Source: Patescibacteria group bacterium
Lineage (GTDB): Bacteria; Patescibacteriota; Patescibacteriia; SBBC01; CAIJZX01
Length of the DNA stretch: 64,000 bases
Assembly (NCBI GenBank): GCA_038065275.1
Contig: JBBTRH010000005.1
Span: forward strand, 103,195 to 167,194
Direction of reading: 5' to 3'
Below, piece after piece: positions 35,097 through 44,277 of this stretch. Both the position numbers and the translations under genes were made by a program. The notes below the pieces were generated by a model. That model was not told the DNA's origin and did no database searches. It saw only the letters and a list, made by a program, of their open reading frames with translations. Positions within the stretch are counted from its first letter, which is position 1. Every line of letters starts with the position of its first letter.

Positions 35097-37025
35097 TTAG
35101 GCGTTTAACGGCGGAGCTGAGTCCATCACCGTCCCGGCGCCGGTGGCGACGCCGGCGCTGGCCGACTGCTCGAACTCCTTCTTCGCCGCTTCGATCTCGA
35201 GCAGCTGCTGCGGGTTGGTCGTCACGATCTGGTCCTCGGCAATCGAGGCCACGATTTTGATGGCGGCGTGCTTGCTGCCGGCGAAGAAAATCCCCTCCCC
35301 CAGGCCGGATTCGAGGAGCAAGTAGCGTTCCTGTTGGGTCAGGAGGAAAGTCTTGGTGACGATGTCGATGGCGGCCGGCGACTGTTTCATCAGCAGGGTC
35401 AAGGCCGAGTTGTTGATGATCGCCTGGCCGTAGGGGCTGAGCAAAAAGTCGTTGACGTCCTGGGTAATCGTGGTCACGCCGAGGTAGTACTTGCGCGAAC
35501 GTTTGACCAGGCCGTAGACGAACTTGGCCGAGTCTTCGTGCTGCATCAGCCACCAGGCTTCGTCAATCACCAGGATGCGGCGTTTCAAACTTGACCGGGC
35601 CAGGTTCCAGATGTAGGAGATGATGATTGACATGCCGATCGGCCTCAGCTCGTCCTCGAGGTCGCGGACGGAGAAGACCACCAATTGGTTGTTCAGCTCG
35701 ATGTTGGTCGGGCTGTTGAACAAGCCGGAGAAGGTGCCCTCGGTGTACTTCTTCAGCCGTTCCACCAGGCTGTCCGCGCCGGTCATGCCGCTCAAGACTT
35801 CCTGGAAATCAGCCATCACCGGCGTTTCGACGTTGGCCAGGTCGGCCTCGGGAGTGATGTCTTTCTTGGCGTATGTTTCCAGCAGGGCGCGATCAACGAT
35901 TGAATCTTCTTCATGGGTCAAGGCGCCGAGCATCAGGCGAAACATCGACTTGAGCGTGATGACCGCCGAGCGGATGATGTCGGCCGTCGTTTCGTCGCTA
36001 CTAATCGCCCGCGGCAAGTCGAAGGGGTTGATTTTGCTCTCAGCGTTGAGCGAGACATTGATGTAGGTGCCGCCGACCGCGTCGGACAGATACTTGTATT
36101 CGTGCTCCGGGTCGATGACGATGATGTCGGTGCCGAACATCATCGCCCGGATGATTTCCAGCTTGACGGCGTACGACTTGCCCGAACCGGCGGTGGCAAA
36201 AACGGTGTAGTTCGGGTTCTGCAAGCTGAAGCGGTCAAACAGGATCAGCGAGTTGTTATGCCGGTTGATGCCGTAGAGAATGCCGCTGTCCGAGGACAGG
36301 TCGGCGGAGATGAAGGGGAAGCTCGAAGCGATCGGCGAAGAGTTCATGTTGAACGTCACCTGGAGCTGGTCCACCCCGACCGGCAGAGTTGAGGCGAATC
36401 CTTGTTCGGTCTGGAAAAAGGCGCGCTTGGAAAACACCAGTCGCGAACCGAACAGCCCTTCGATCCGGCCGGTCAGGTTCTTCAGCTCCTCCACGGAATC
36501 GGCGTAGAGCGTGACGTACAGGGCGAACTGGAAGAATTTTTCCGTCCCTTGGGTCAGGTCGTCGCGTAGCTTCTCGATGTCCCGCAGGGCAGTCTCGCGC
36601 ATCGGGTCGCGCGGGGCGCCTTTTTCGCTGTCGGTAATCAACTGGGCTTCGAGGGCGCCGACTTTGTTCTTCAGCTGTTTCAGGATGATGTCCGACGGCA
36701 CCGGATAGAAGAACATGGCGATGTCCAGCGGGGTGTTGTAGTTGATGATCGGCGCAAACCAGCCGACGGAAATGTAGCGCGGGTAGGTGACCACAAACAG
36801 CGTCTGCAGGTATTTGCCGTTCAAACGGAGGAACGTCGGATCAACCTTCATCGCCGCCGGCGCGATCAAGTCGCGGACGGTGACCACGCCCTGGCGGTAA
36901 ACGCGCTCCGCGGTAATCAGTTCGCGCTCGTCCGACGGGCGGCTGACAGTCGGAGTCGGCGGCGGAGCGCCGGCCGCCTGATCGCGGAGGATGTCCGGTC
37001 GGGAGAGGTTAACGTTGGTGGGCAT
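35097..37025 (-). CDS. VirB4-like ATPase
   Basis: GILYGIN...FDRF, ATAGSGKS, VIDPE.EY, INPFD, ILVIDEAW, RKY.LG.TTITQ. Confidence 0.9.
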   Translation of the reverse strand: MPTNVNLSRPDILRDQAAGAPPPTPTVSRPSDERELITAERVYRQGVVTVRDLIAPAAMKVDPTFLRLNGKYLQTLFVVTYPRYISVGWFAPIINYNTPLDIAMFFYPVPSDIILKQLKNKVGALEAQLITDSEKGAPRDPMRETALRDIEKLRDDLTQGTEKFFQFALYVTLYADSVEELKNLTGRIEGLFGSRLVFSKRAFFQTEQGFASTLPVGVDQLQVTFNMNSSPIASSFPFISADLSSDSGILYGINRHNNSLILFDRFSLQNPNYTVFATAGSGKSYAVKLEIIRAMMFGTDIIVIDPEHEYKYLSDAVGGTYINVSLNAESKINPFDLPRAISSDETTADIIRSAVITLKSMFRLMLGALTHEEDSIVDRALLETYAKKDITPEADLANVETPVMADFQEVLSGMTGADSLVERLKKYTEGTFSGLFNSPTNIELNNQLVVFSVRDLEDELRPIGMSIIISYIWNLARSSLKRRILVIDEAWWLMQHEDSAKFVYGLVKRSRKYYLGVTTITQDVNDFLLSPYGQAIINNSALTLLMKQSPAAIDIVTKTFLLTQQERYLLLESGLGEGIFFAGSKHAAIKIVASIAEDQIVTTNPQQLLEIEAAKKEFEQSASAGVATGAGTVMDSAPPLNA

Positions 37026-37740
37026 GGTCGTCTTTGATGCTGGAAGTCTCTTCGAGGGTAATCTTGGCGGCGGGTTGGAGCGGCTGGGCGCGCGAGGTTT
37101 CCGGATTATAGGTGTTGTAGTACAGCTCGATCAGGTCCTGGGTGCGGAGGAACAACGATTTCAAGCCGGCCGAGCTGAGCGCGTTGGCGACGTTGTCGAC
37201 CCGCTTGAAGAGCTCGGTGCGGTACTGTTCGAACTGCTTCTGCTTGAGGTGGATGGTGGCCGTCGGCCGGAAGGTGTCAAACAGGCGGGTGAAGAACTTG
37301 CCGGGCCGGTCGACTTTCGGCGTGTAGGGCACCACTACGTAGAACCGCTTGGTCATGATGTCCGAGCCGGCCACTAAGTCGCTGACGAATTGCCGATAGT
37401 CGCGGATTTGCAACTGCAGGAGTTCGTTGGTCTGTTGTTTTTCCGTCGTCTTGAGGGTGGCCAGGTAGCTGTCGATGTTCAATCGCCGCGACTGGATGAC
37501 GATTTGGAGCGGGTAATCAATGGTGTTGAGGAAGGAGGTGTAAGCGGCGATCACCGCGTCTTGCTCTTCGTCCGACTTGAGCATGAAGTTGATCGAGGCC
37601 ACCAGCATCACCGCCACCACGCTCCCGTTCCGGAGGATGACCGTGTCATCGCGGATCTCCAGGATGTCCAGGTACTGCTGGGTCGAGGGGGTGGTTTTTT
37701 GGCGGCGGGGCTTGACCGCGGATGGGCGTGGCGGAGGCAT
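37009..37740 (-). CDS. TraC/VirB4 N-terminal-like protein
   Basis: SINF.LKS.EEQ, FLN...PLQI.IQSR, FYVVVPY, LYY.TYNP; lies between PrgI and VirB4. Confidence 0.75.
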   Translation of the reverse strand: MPPPRPSAVKPRRQKTTPSTQQYLDILEIRDDTVILRNGSVVAVMLVASINFMLKSDEEQDAVIAAYTSFLNTIDYPLQIVIQSRRLNIDSYLATLKTTEKQQTNELLQLQIRDYRQFVSDLVAGSDIMTKRFYVVVPYTPKVDRPGKFFTRLFDTFRPTATIHLKQKQFEQYRTELFKRVDNVANALSSAGLKSLFLRTQDLIELYYNTYNPETSRAQPLQPAAKITLEETSSIKDDHAHQR

Positions 37741-37745
37741 TGTGG

Positions 37746-38237
37746 TTACGATTTTGCCGGTCGTGATGGATTCGGGAGATCGGTTCCCCAGAACGACGAT
37801 TCCTCTTCGTCCTCATGGAAGGCGCCGCCGGTATCGACCAGCAGGGCCAGTTTGGCTAAGGTGGTCTCCGCCAGCGGCTGTTTGGTCGGCCACGGCGGCG
37901 GAGGCGGCGGTTCACGGCGGTATTGGAGCCGTTCATTCACCATGTTGTTCCATAATCGCATCCGCGGGTTCTTGACCGACTGGAGCAGGCTGAGCACAAA
38001 AACATGGAACGGCCGGCCGTTGATCCGGACGAAGGCGAACAAAATGATGCCGATGAAAATGCCGACGGCGGTGAAGACAAAAGCTACCGTCAGGTTGGCC
38101 AATTTGAACAGGATCTGGTAAGCGCCAACAATCAGTCCGCCGCCGACCAAAAAAATGATGAATTGCCGGACGCTGATCGGACCGAGGATCTTGTCCTCGA
38201 CGTCGATGAATTGCGGGACTATAAACTGGTTGGCCAT
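37746..38237 (-). CDS. PrgI family protein
   Basis: VPQFIDVEDKILGP.S.RQF, two TM helices, INGRPF. Confidence 0.85.
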   Translation of the reverse strand: MANQFIVPQFIDVEDKILGPISVRQFIIFLVGGGLIVGAYQILFKLANLTVAFVFTAVGIFIGIILFAFVRINGRPFHVFVLSLLQSVKNPRMRLWNNMVNERLQYRREPPPPPPWPTKQPLAETTLAKLALLVDTGGAFHEDEEESSFWGTDLPNPSRPAKS

Positions 38238-38414
38238 CCCCGTTAGAGGTTCGACAAGTAAATTTTTAAGCAGTTGCGAACGTCTTGCCTGTCCACGCCT
38301 GAATGGAGATAGTTCTCACGAGCTCGCGCGTCTTTCATCGATTCGTCAACCTCGTCGTAAATCAATTTCATAAGTACATTGGTTTATTTCGTATCTCGGA
38401 AATCTCTAACGGGG
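38238..38414. mobile_element. CCCCGTTAGA-TIR element copy 5, carrying a GIY-YIG remnant
   Basis: Arms CCCCGTTAGAG/CTCTAACGGGG with CAT on both sides; abuts the PrgI ATG. Confidence 0.8.
38243..38371 (-). pseudogene. C-terminal fragment of a GIY-YIG nuclease
   Basis: MKLIYDEVDESMKDARARENYLHSGVDRQDVRNCLKIYLSNL* resembles the family C-terminus LIYYE....DA..RE.YLKSG.G...L. Confidence 0.65.
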
Positions 38415-38420
38415 CATTGG

Positions 38421-39920
38421 CTAGACCTGAAGTTGGCGGTTAAGATCGGCGACCACGGTGAATTCGTGTTCGGATAGATAGGGCTGGCCGCGGCGGCCGC
38501 GGTCAGCGATAATCTGCGAAATGGGTTGGCCTAGTTCCAGGCTGTCCCGCCCCATGGACACGTACAGCTGGAAGACGTCGCTCTGCCGCCAACCGGCGAC
38601 CGCTTCCACCCAGACGGTGAATGACTCGCGCTGGAAGTGCTGGAACTTGTCAAGCAACTTGCGCGCCACCTCGGTCGCGCCCTGTCCCAGGCGTCGGAAC
38701 TCCAGCAAGGTCAGACTCCGCATTTCCTCGCCCGGACCAAGGGCCAGGGTCGGACGGACCACGTCGGCCACGGTCGGACGGTCGGTCAGGCGCGCCCCCG
38801 TCATCACGGTCGCGGCCGGGCGAGCGGGCGGCGGCGCCGGCCGGGGGATCGTCGTGGGCGTCGTCGCGGGCGACGGAATATCGGCCGGACGAATAATCGG
38901 GCGGCTCGGCCGCGGCGGTTCGGTCACGTTCGGCGGGATAACCGGCGCCGCCAACGGCGCGTCGCGGCGTAGCGGCGGCAACGGGGGCGGCGGCGCCTGG
39001 ACGACTGACGGGACGACCGGCGGGCGGGGCGGTTGAGGCGTCGCGGGCGTCTGGACCATGCCGCGCGATTTCAATTCGCCGGCGGAACGCTCCGCCGCCG
39101 CCGCGACCTGAGCGGCGATATCCGGGTCCAGGCCGAGTCCGCCGACTTTCGGATCGCGGGTCAGCAGGTCGGCCGTGGCCCCCGTCTGGCGGATATTTTT
39201 CAGGCGGGCCTTAATAATTGATACCGCGCGGCGACTCAGGAGTTCGTCGGCGAAAGCTAGGTTCTGCGCGGTCAGAATCGTCCGGGCCAGGCTGTCGAAA
39301 TCCTGGTTCGGATTAACGGTCGTCAAGGTCCGCAACTTCGCCGCCTGACGTTCGATTTCCGCCGCGTCATCATCGGAGTACTGGGTGATCGGCGCCTGAC
39401 TGCCGACCGGCGCAGCCGGGGTCAGCCAGGGAGCGGTCGGCGGTCTGATCGCGGCGACCGCCGGCGCGGTCTTTGGCGGTGGCCCGGGCGGCGCCGGCGG
39501 TCGGCTCGGAGCGCTCTCCGCCACCGGCAGATTCACCGGCGGGGCTGATCGCGGTGCGGGGGATACCGGCTGACGACCGGCCGGTGGAGCGGACGGCGGT
39601 TGAGAGGCGGGTTTCAAACCCGCCTCTTCGCCCCGGGCCAGCCCAAGATAATCCGCAATGTCGCCGACGAAGACTTCCTGCCGCAACCGCCGGGAAACCT
39701 CTTCGGCCGCCGGCCGATCGAGCGAGCATTCGGCCTGCAGTTTGGCCGACAGCTCACCGACCGGAAACTCGTGCACCACGACCCGCATGATCAGGTTCGC
39801 CAAATCGACCCCCGGGTACCGCTGTTCAAGGTCATCAACGGTGGCGATGGCTGACGGGGTCGCGACGCCGTCCCGAATCGCTTTCGGCAAGCTATGGAAT
39901 TGTTGCCAGATATCGACCAT
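38421..39920 (-). CDS. Pro-rich hypothetical protein, first gene of the T4SS-like unit
   Basis: Long ORF with host-like codon usage; GGLGL and W.QS.V..LY motifs. Confidence 0.7.
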   Translation of the reverse strand: MVDIWQQFHSLPKAIRDGVATPSAIATVDDLEQRYPGVDLANLIMRVVVHEFPVGELSAKLQAECSLDRPAAEEVSRRLRQEVFVGDIADYLGLARGEEAGLKPASQPPSAPPAGRQPVSPAPRSAPPVNLPVAESAPSRPPAPPGPPPKTAPAVAAIRPPTAPWLTPAAPVGSQAPITQYSDDDAAEIERQAAKLRTLTTVNPNQDFDSLARTILTAQNLAFADELLSRRAVSIIKARLKNIRQTGATADLLTRDPKVGGLGLDPDIAAQVAAAAERSAGELKSRGMVQTPATPQPPRPPVVPSVVQAPPPPLPPLRRDAPLAAPVIPPNVTEPPRPSRPIIRPADIPSPATTPTTIPRPAPPPARPAATVMTGARLTDRPTVADVVRPTLALGPGEEMRSLTLLEFRRLGQGATEVARKLLDKFQHFQRESFTVWVEAVAGWRQSDVFQLYVSMGRDSLELGQPISQIIADRGRRGQPYLSEHEFTVVADLNRQLQV

Positions 39921-39942
39921 TTAGTCTGTGTTTGAGGCGTTT

Positions 39943-39971
39943 ATTATAGCACAAATCGAGGGCCGTCGCAA
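39943..39971 (-). promoter_or_regulatory. Sigma70-type promoter
   Basis: TTGCGA-17 nt-TATAAT, preceded by TGTGC. Confidence 0.7.
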
Positions 39972-40023
39972 AACTCCGCTTTAGCCGGCAACAGTGCCTT
40001 CGGGCCTCCAACCAATGATAGGA

Positions 40024-40136
40024 TGTGATTGATGTTGGTTACTGCTATCACTTTCCCCTCGGCTTCGCCGTATCCCCCTTCTGAATTCAGAAGGGGGACG
40101 CCAGGGGGAAGTGGCAATCTCCCCCAGCATTTCCAG
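40024..40136. repeat. ~110-bp dispersed nested-palindrome repeat, copy B
   Basis: Near-identical to 8344-8456. Confidence 0.85.
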
Positions 40137-40200
40137 CTCCGCTTCCGTGTTGTTGATCGCCTGGCCTACGAACTCGGTGCGGGCGCTTTTTTGTCCGGTA

Positions 40201-40494
40201 TTAGCTCAGAGCTACGTACAATCGATCGGCTTCGGCTTGGACCGTCGGACCGTCATACTCGCCGCTGTGCTTATGAAACCCCTGGTAGGAGGGTTGTTTC
40301 TGATCGAGATGGAGGTTGAGACGGAGCTGGTCGCCCTGGTCCTCGAGGTAGAGGTGGAAGCGCGGGTAGAAGTGCGTCCCCAGCCGCCGCAAGTAGGAAC
40401 GCTCGCCGCTCCGCGGGTCGCGGAACGGAAAGTACCCGACGCGGCGGAGAACGACGTCGGACTGATAGGCCGGGCGCGGGACGCGGATGATCAC
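40201..40494 (-). CDS. Conserved hypothetical protein
   Basis: SY.RRL....YPRFHLY...LHLDQK.PSY.G...HSGEYDG; ATGA overlap with the upstream gene. Confidence 0.75.
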   Translation of the reverse strand: MIIRVPRPAYQSDVVLRRVGYFPFRDPRSGERSYLRRLGTHFYPRFHLYLEDQGDQLRLNLHLDQKQPSYQGFHKHSGEYDGPTVQAEADRLYVALS

Positions 40495-41186
40495 GCCGCC
40501 CCCAGTTTCAGCACCACGTTCTTCAACCGCCGTTTGATGGCCGCCACTTCCAGCGGGTTGAGATCCTTAGTGTTGACGGCGTAGCTGAGGGCGTCGAGGC
40601 TGTGGAGCAGTTCCTCCCCCGCGGCTTCGTCAAGGCGCTGGGCTTTGACCGCCTCCTCGATTTGCTGCGACAGCGCCGTCAAACGCAGTAACACTTCGGC
40701 CCGGCCTTTAGTCGAGGTTAAACGTTCTTCAATCTGGCGCAGGATCGAGGGTTCTTCGCCCGTGTCTTTAGCCGCGGCCGGCTCCTTAGCCGGCGCCGTT
40801 TCCGTTTTTGCCTGGGGCGCGTAAACTTCCGGATAATTTTTCTTAGCCTCGGCGACGTATTTTTCCAAGTTGCCGCCAAGTTCTTTGATCAGCCCCTCGA
40901 CGTTGCCGACGTACCACTGCATCGGCAGGAACTTCCGGCCGAGCAAGTCGAGGGCCATTCCTTTGGCCTTGGTCTCGTCAAGCCCAAGGTCCTTCTTGAT
41001 CGTCGCCACCAGTTCGGCCGGAGTGATGGTCTTAAAGATGACCTTGCGAATGACCTTGACAAAGACGCCGATCTGCTTGCTGTTGATGCCGTACTTCTTC
41101 CCGATCTCCATGTTGATATCAACCGACACATCCTCGGCCAGGATGTCCTTCAACAGATCAGGAAGATTGGTAAAGAGATTGGCCAT
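40491..41186 (-). CDS. Hypothetical protein
   Basis: ORF translationally coupled within the operon, host-like codon usage. Confidence 0.7.
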   Translation of the reverse strand: MANLFTNLPDLLKDILAEDVSVDINMEIGKKYGINSKQIGVFVKVIRKVIFKTITPAELVATIKKDLGLDETKAKGMALDLLGRKFLPMQWYVGNVEGLIKELGGNLEKYVAEAKKNYPEVYAPQAKTETAPAKEPAAAKDTGEEPSILRQIEERLTSTKGRAEVLLRLTALSQQIEEAVKAQRLDEAAGEELLHSLDALSYAVNTKDLNPLEVAAIKRRLKNVVLKLGAA

Positions 41187-41189
41187 ATT

Positions 41190-44100
41190 TTATGGTGGAT
41201 CGGTGCGGGTGGAAAACGGTGAGAGTTCTTCCTTCCACCGTGCCCGATCGGATTTCTGCTTCATCATGACGTCGTTTGGTCCTGGCATTCCTGCATTAAC
41301 ACGTCCATAAGCATCATCCCAGGCTTTGACGACTTTTTCGGTAATGCCTTCTCTGATGCTATCAGCCAGTTTGGTCAATCCAGGTACTGAAACATGAGTC
41401 TGGAGTTCGTTTATAACCGTATCCCGAGCTGCATCGCTTGAGTATGCACCGACAGTGTGGTCTCCTTCGTCATAATTGTAGAACTTATACTTTCCGCCGT
41501 CGACACGGATTGCCGTCCGGAACTGAGATGTCGCCTGAGGCTGTATGACTGGGATGAAGCCAGTGGACATGGTCTCTAAAGCATTGTGCCGTACACCAGC
41601 ATCATCATCGAAGTACCCGCCACGAGCGGACACGCCGAGCCCGCGCTGCATGAGTATGTACTGCCGTCCACCGATGGTTGACCGATCGAAGCTGGCCTTC
41701 GCACCTCCAGTAATGACCCCTCCCGGTCCCATAATGCCCGTTCGATCGTGGATGGCCATTGCCGCCGCTGAAACTGGATCTTTCATCGTCTGGAAGGTGC
41801 TACCGACCGCGCGGTTGTAGACGGCGGCCACCTGCAGGTCCTTGGTCATCTTCTCGATCGAATCCTGGTCGAAGCCGGCGGTCTTGTGGAGGAGGAGTTC
41901 GATATCCACGTCACCGATGGTTGAGAGCGACAGTTTGCCGCCTTCGGCGTTCTCCACGATCTTGGCGGCATTGGCTTCGCGGTACTGTTCTGCTTGGGGA
42001 GCCTCGTAATCCGTCATGAACTGGCGGCGAGCGGCATCATATTGGATCCGCCCGGTGGCCGGGTCTCGTCGGTAGGTGTGGTAGGCCTCGCCGAGGAACC
42101 CTTCGTCAGCCAGCCAGCGCTTCTGTTCGCTGTTGATCTCGTCGTGGTCGAAGTAGGCACCGTCGCCGATAGCTTTGCGAGTCTGACGGTCGAGCGGGCT
42201 GAGCCAGCCGTTCAACTGTTTTTGACTCTTGGCCCGTTTGGTTAATTCTTTAAACAGGTAATTGGACCCCATTTGTTGTGCCGAGCGTCGATCGGTATCA
42301 TTTGTTGGATCAAGCGCGCGTCCATCGATCCCTCTAGTCGTGCTGATCTGATGTTTATAAAGCTGGTTGCTGAGCTGACCGAGGATTTCCGGCGTAAATC
42401 CTTCGAGCGACACCTCGCCGCGCTCGATGTCGTCAGCCAGGCGTTGCGCGTCAGACAATCCGTTTTGCCAGTTGCGATAGACCGATGACAATAGCAGGGC
42501 TGGATTATTCTTAGCCAACATACTCTTGAGCTTGCGATACTGTTCCGGGACGTTGCCGACGCTTCTGACGGCTAGGTCGGTTATCGTTCGTCCGTTGGCG
42601 TCATCTTGAACTTGATTATTCTCGAGCAACTGCCGAGCCGCGGCGCTGCGCTGGCCGCCATTCATGTTTTGATTGAGCGCCATCGCTTCAAGTTCGGCCT
42701 TTGAACGGCCGGCCGTGTCGAATTCTTTGGCTGTGGCGGCTTGCTGTCGGGCTTTCGTCTCGGCGATTCTTCCTTGGGCTTGTCGGTAACCGCGCGTGCC
42801 TTCCGCTAATCCGCTTCTGGCCGCTTGGCCGGCTTTTTCCAGCGCTTCCTGGGGAGTTTGTTTACCTCGGATGACTTTCCAGGCTCCCCGCGCGCCGGCA
42901 CCCATGGCACTTGTTACGGCGGCTCGTCCGCGGCCGATCTGTCCGATAGTTTTATTCGTCACCTGATCGGCGCGCATACCCAACGCCGCCGTCCGTTCGG
43001 CGACCGCTTCCTGTCGCCGTCTAGTTCGTTCTTTAAAGTACCCCTGCACCGGCGCCAGCGTCCGATCCCGAATCGCGTTCAGTCCGGTCAGCGTCGCGCC
43101 GACCCCGAAGCCGGTCGTCGCCACCTTGCCGGCGAAGCTGGCGCCGACCGCGCCGGATTTCTGGGCGTACTGCAGGCCCATCAGCAGGAAAATGATGCCG
43201 ACGATGAAGGTCATCAGCCGGTCGATGCTCAACAGCTCGCTCATGAAATCGCTACGCAGGTCTACGGTGTCGGTTTTGGCCTGGTCCATGGCGGTGTTGA
43301 CCGTCGGGTCGAAACGGAGCGGGTTTTTATCGCAATTCCCGTTACTGGGACAGCTGGTACTGCCGACCAGGGCCAGGGAGATCCACAGGAAAAAAGCCAG
43401 CACCGGCCCCAGGACGGCGTACTTGGTGAACTCGCTCCACCACTGGCTGGCGTATTTCTCGGTGTTCGGCAGGATGCGCAGGGCGTAGGCGATCGGCGAC
43501 AGGATGATCAACAGCCACAGGGCGATAATCCGGACGAAGAGCATGATCGTAATGGCCAGCATCACGACGAAAGCCACGATCATCATCGCCAGGCCGGCCA
43601 GCAAGGTGATAAAAATGCTCATGTTGGAGCCGGCCGAGCGGCTGTAAGTTTGACCGAAGTTGATCACCGCGTCGAGCCCGAACATGTGCGAAAAGTTGCC
43701 GAAGGCCACGTCGCGGAAGGCGTTGACGAAGGTGATCATCACCACCTGCGCGAATTGGAGGAGGAAGACGGCGATGAACTTGGAGAAATTGACCAGGAAG
43801 GCCATGATGATCAGTTTCCCGAGCAGGCGGTTGTAGCGGTAATTCTGCAGGCGCAGGACGGTGCCGGCCGAGATGATCAGCAGGGCGATGATAAACACCA
43901 TGTTCATCAGGTCGCGGACGATCGGCCAGCCGGATTTGACCACCGGCGCGTCGAGAAAGGTGTTGTAGCGGGCGACGACGACCAGGAGCGAAATGAAGAC
44001 GCCGGTCAGCGAAGCGAACATTTTCGTCATGGCCATGACGATATTGTTCAGGAGAAGAAAAATGGTGTTGCCGACGACGTCGACGACCACATTGGCGTGC

Positions 44101-44273
44101 GCTACCGGCCCGATGATCGCGCCGGCCAGGACGATCAGGCCGATGATGATGAGCGCGCGGCGTTGACCCAGTACCACTTTGGTCGAATTATGGATATTTC
44201 CCCAAAAGCTCATTTTAGAACCAATAGCATTTCTTAATAAGAACCGTATTTTAGCCAAAGTGGTGCTGGACAT
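41190..44273 (-). CDS. VirB6/TrbL-like polytopic membrane protein with long hydrophilic C-terminal tail
   Basis: GW.IVRDL.N, LIIMA.LVNFS, RII.LW.LIILSP.A....ILP.T......WW..F. Confidence 0.75.
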   Translation of the reverse strand: MSSTTLAKIRFLLRNAIGSKMSFWGNIHNSTKVVLGQRRALIIIGLIVLAGAIIGPVAHANVVVDVVGNTIFLLLNNIVMAMTKMFASLTGVFISLLVVVARYNTFLDAPVVKSGWPIVRDLMNMVFIIALLIISAGTVLRLQNYRYNRLLGKLIIMAFLVNFSKFIAVFLLQFAQVVMITFVNAFRDVAFGNFSHMFGLDAVINFGQTYSRSAGSNMSIFITLLAGLAMMIVAFVVMLAITIMLFVRIIALWLLIILSPIAYALRILPNTEKYASQWWSEFTKYAVLGPVLAFFLWISLALVGSTSCPSNGNCDKNPLRFDPTVNTAMDQAKTDTVDLRSDFMSELLSIDRLMTFIVGIIFLLMGLQYAQKSGAVGASFAGKVATTGFGVGATLTGLNAIRDRTLAPVQGYFKERTRRRQEAVAERTAALGMRADQVTNKTIGQIGRGRAAVTSAMGAGARGAWKVIRGKQTPQEALEKAGQAARSGLAEGTRGYRQAQGRIAETKARQQAATAKEFDTAGRSKAELEAMALNQNMNGGQRSAAARQLLENNQVQDDANGRTITDLAVRSVGNVPEQYRKLKSMLAKNNPALLLSSVYRNWQNGLSDAQRLADDIERGEVSLEGFTPEILGQLSNQLYKHQISTTRGIDGRALDPTNDTDRRSAQQMGSNYLFKELTKRAKSQKQLNGWLSPLDRQTRKAIGDGAYFDHDEINSEQKRWLADEGFLGEAYHTYRRDPATGRIQYDAARRQFMTDYEAPQAEQYREANAAKIVENAEGGKLSLSTIGDVDIELLLHKTAGFDQDSIEKMTKDLQVAAVYNRAVGSTFQTMKDPVSAAAMAIHDRTGIMGPGGVITGGAKASFDRSTIGGRQYILMQRGLGVSARGGYFDDDAGVRHNALETMSTGFIPVIQPQATSQFRTAIRVDGGKYKFYNYDEGDHTVGAYSSDAARDTVINELQTHVSVPGLTKLADSIREGITEKVVKAWDDAYGRVNAGMPGPNDVMMKQKSDRARWKEELSPFSTRTDPP

Positions 44274-44277
44274 GCGC

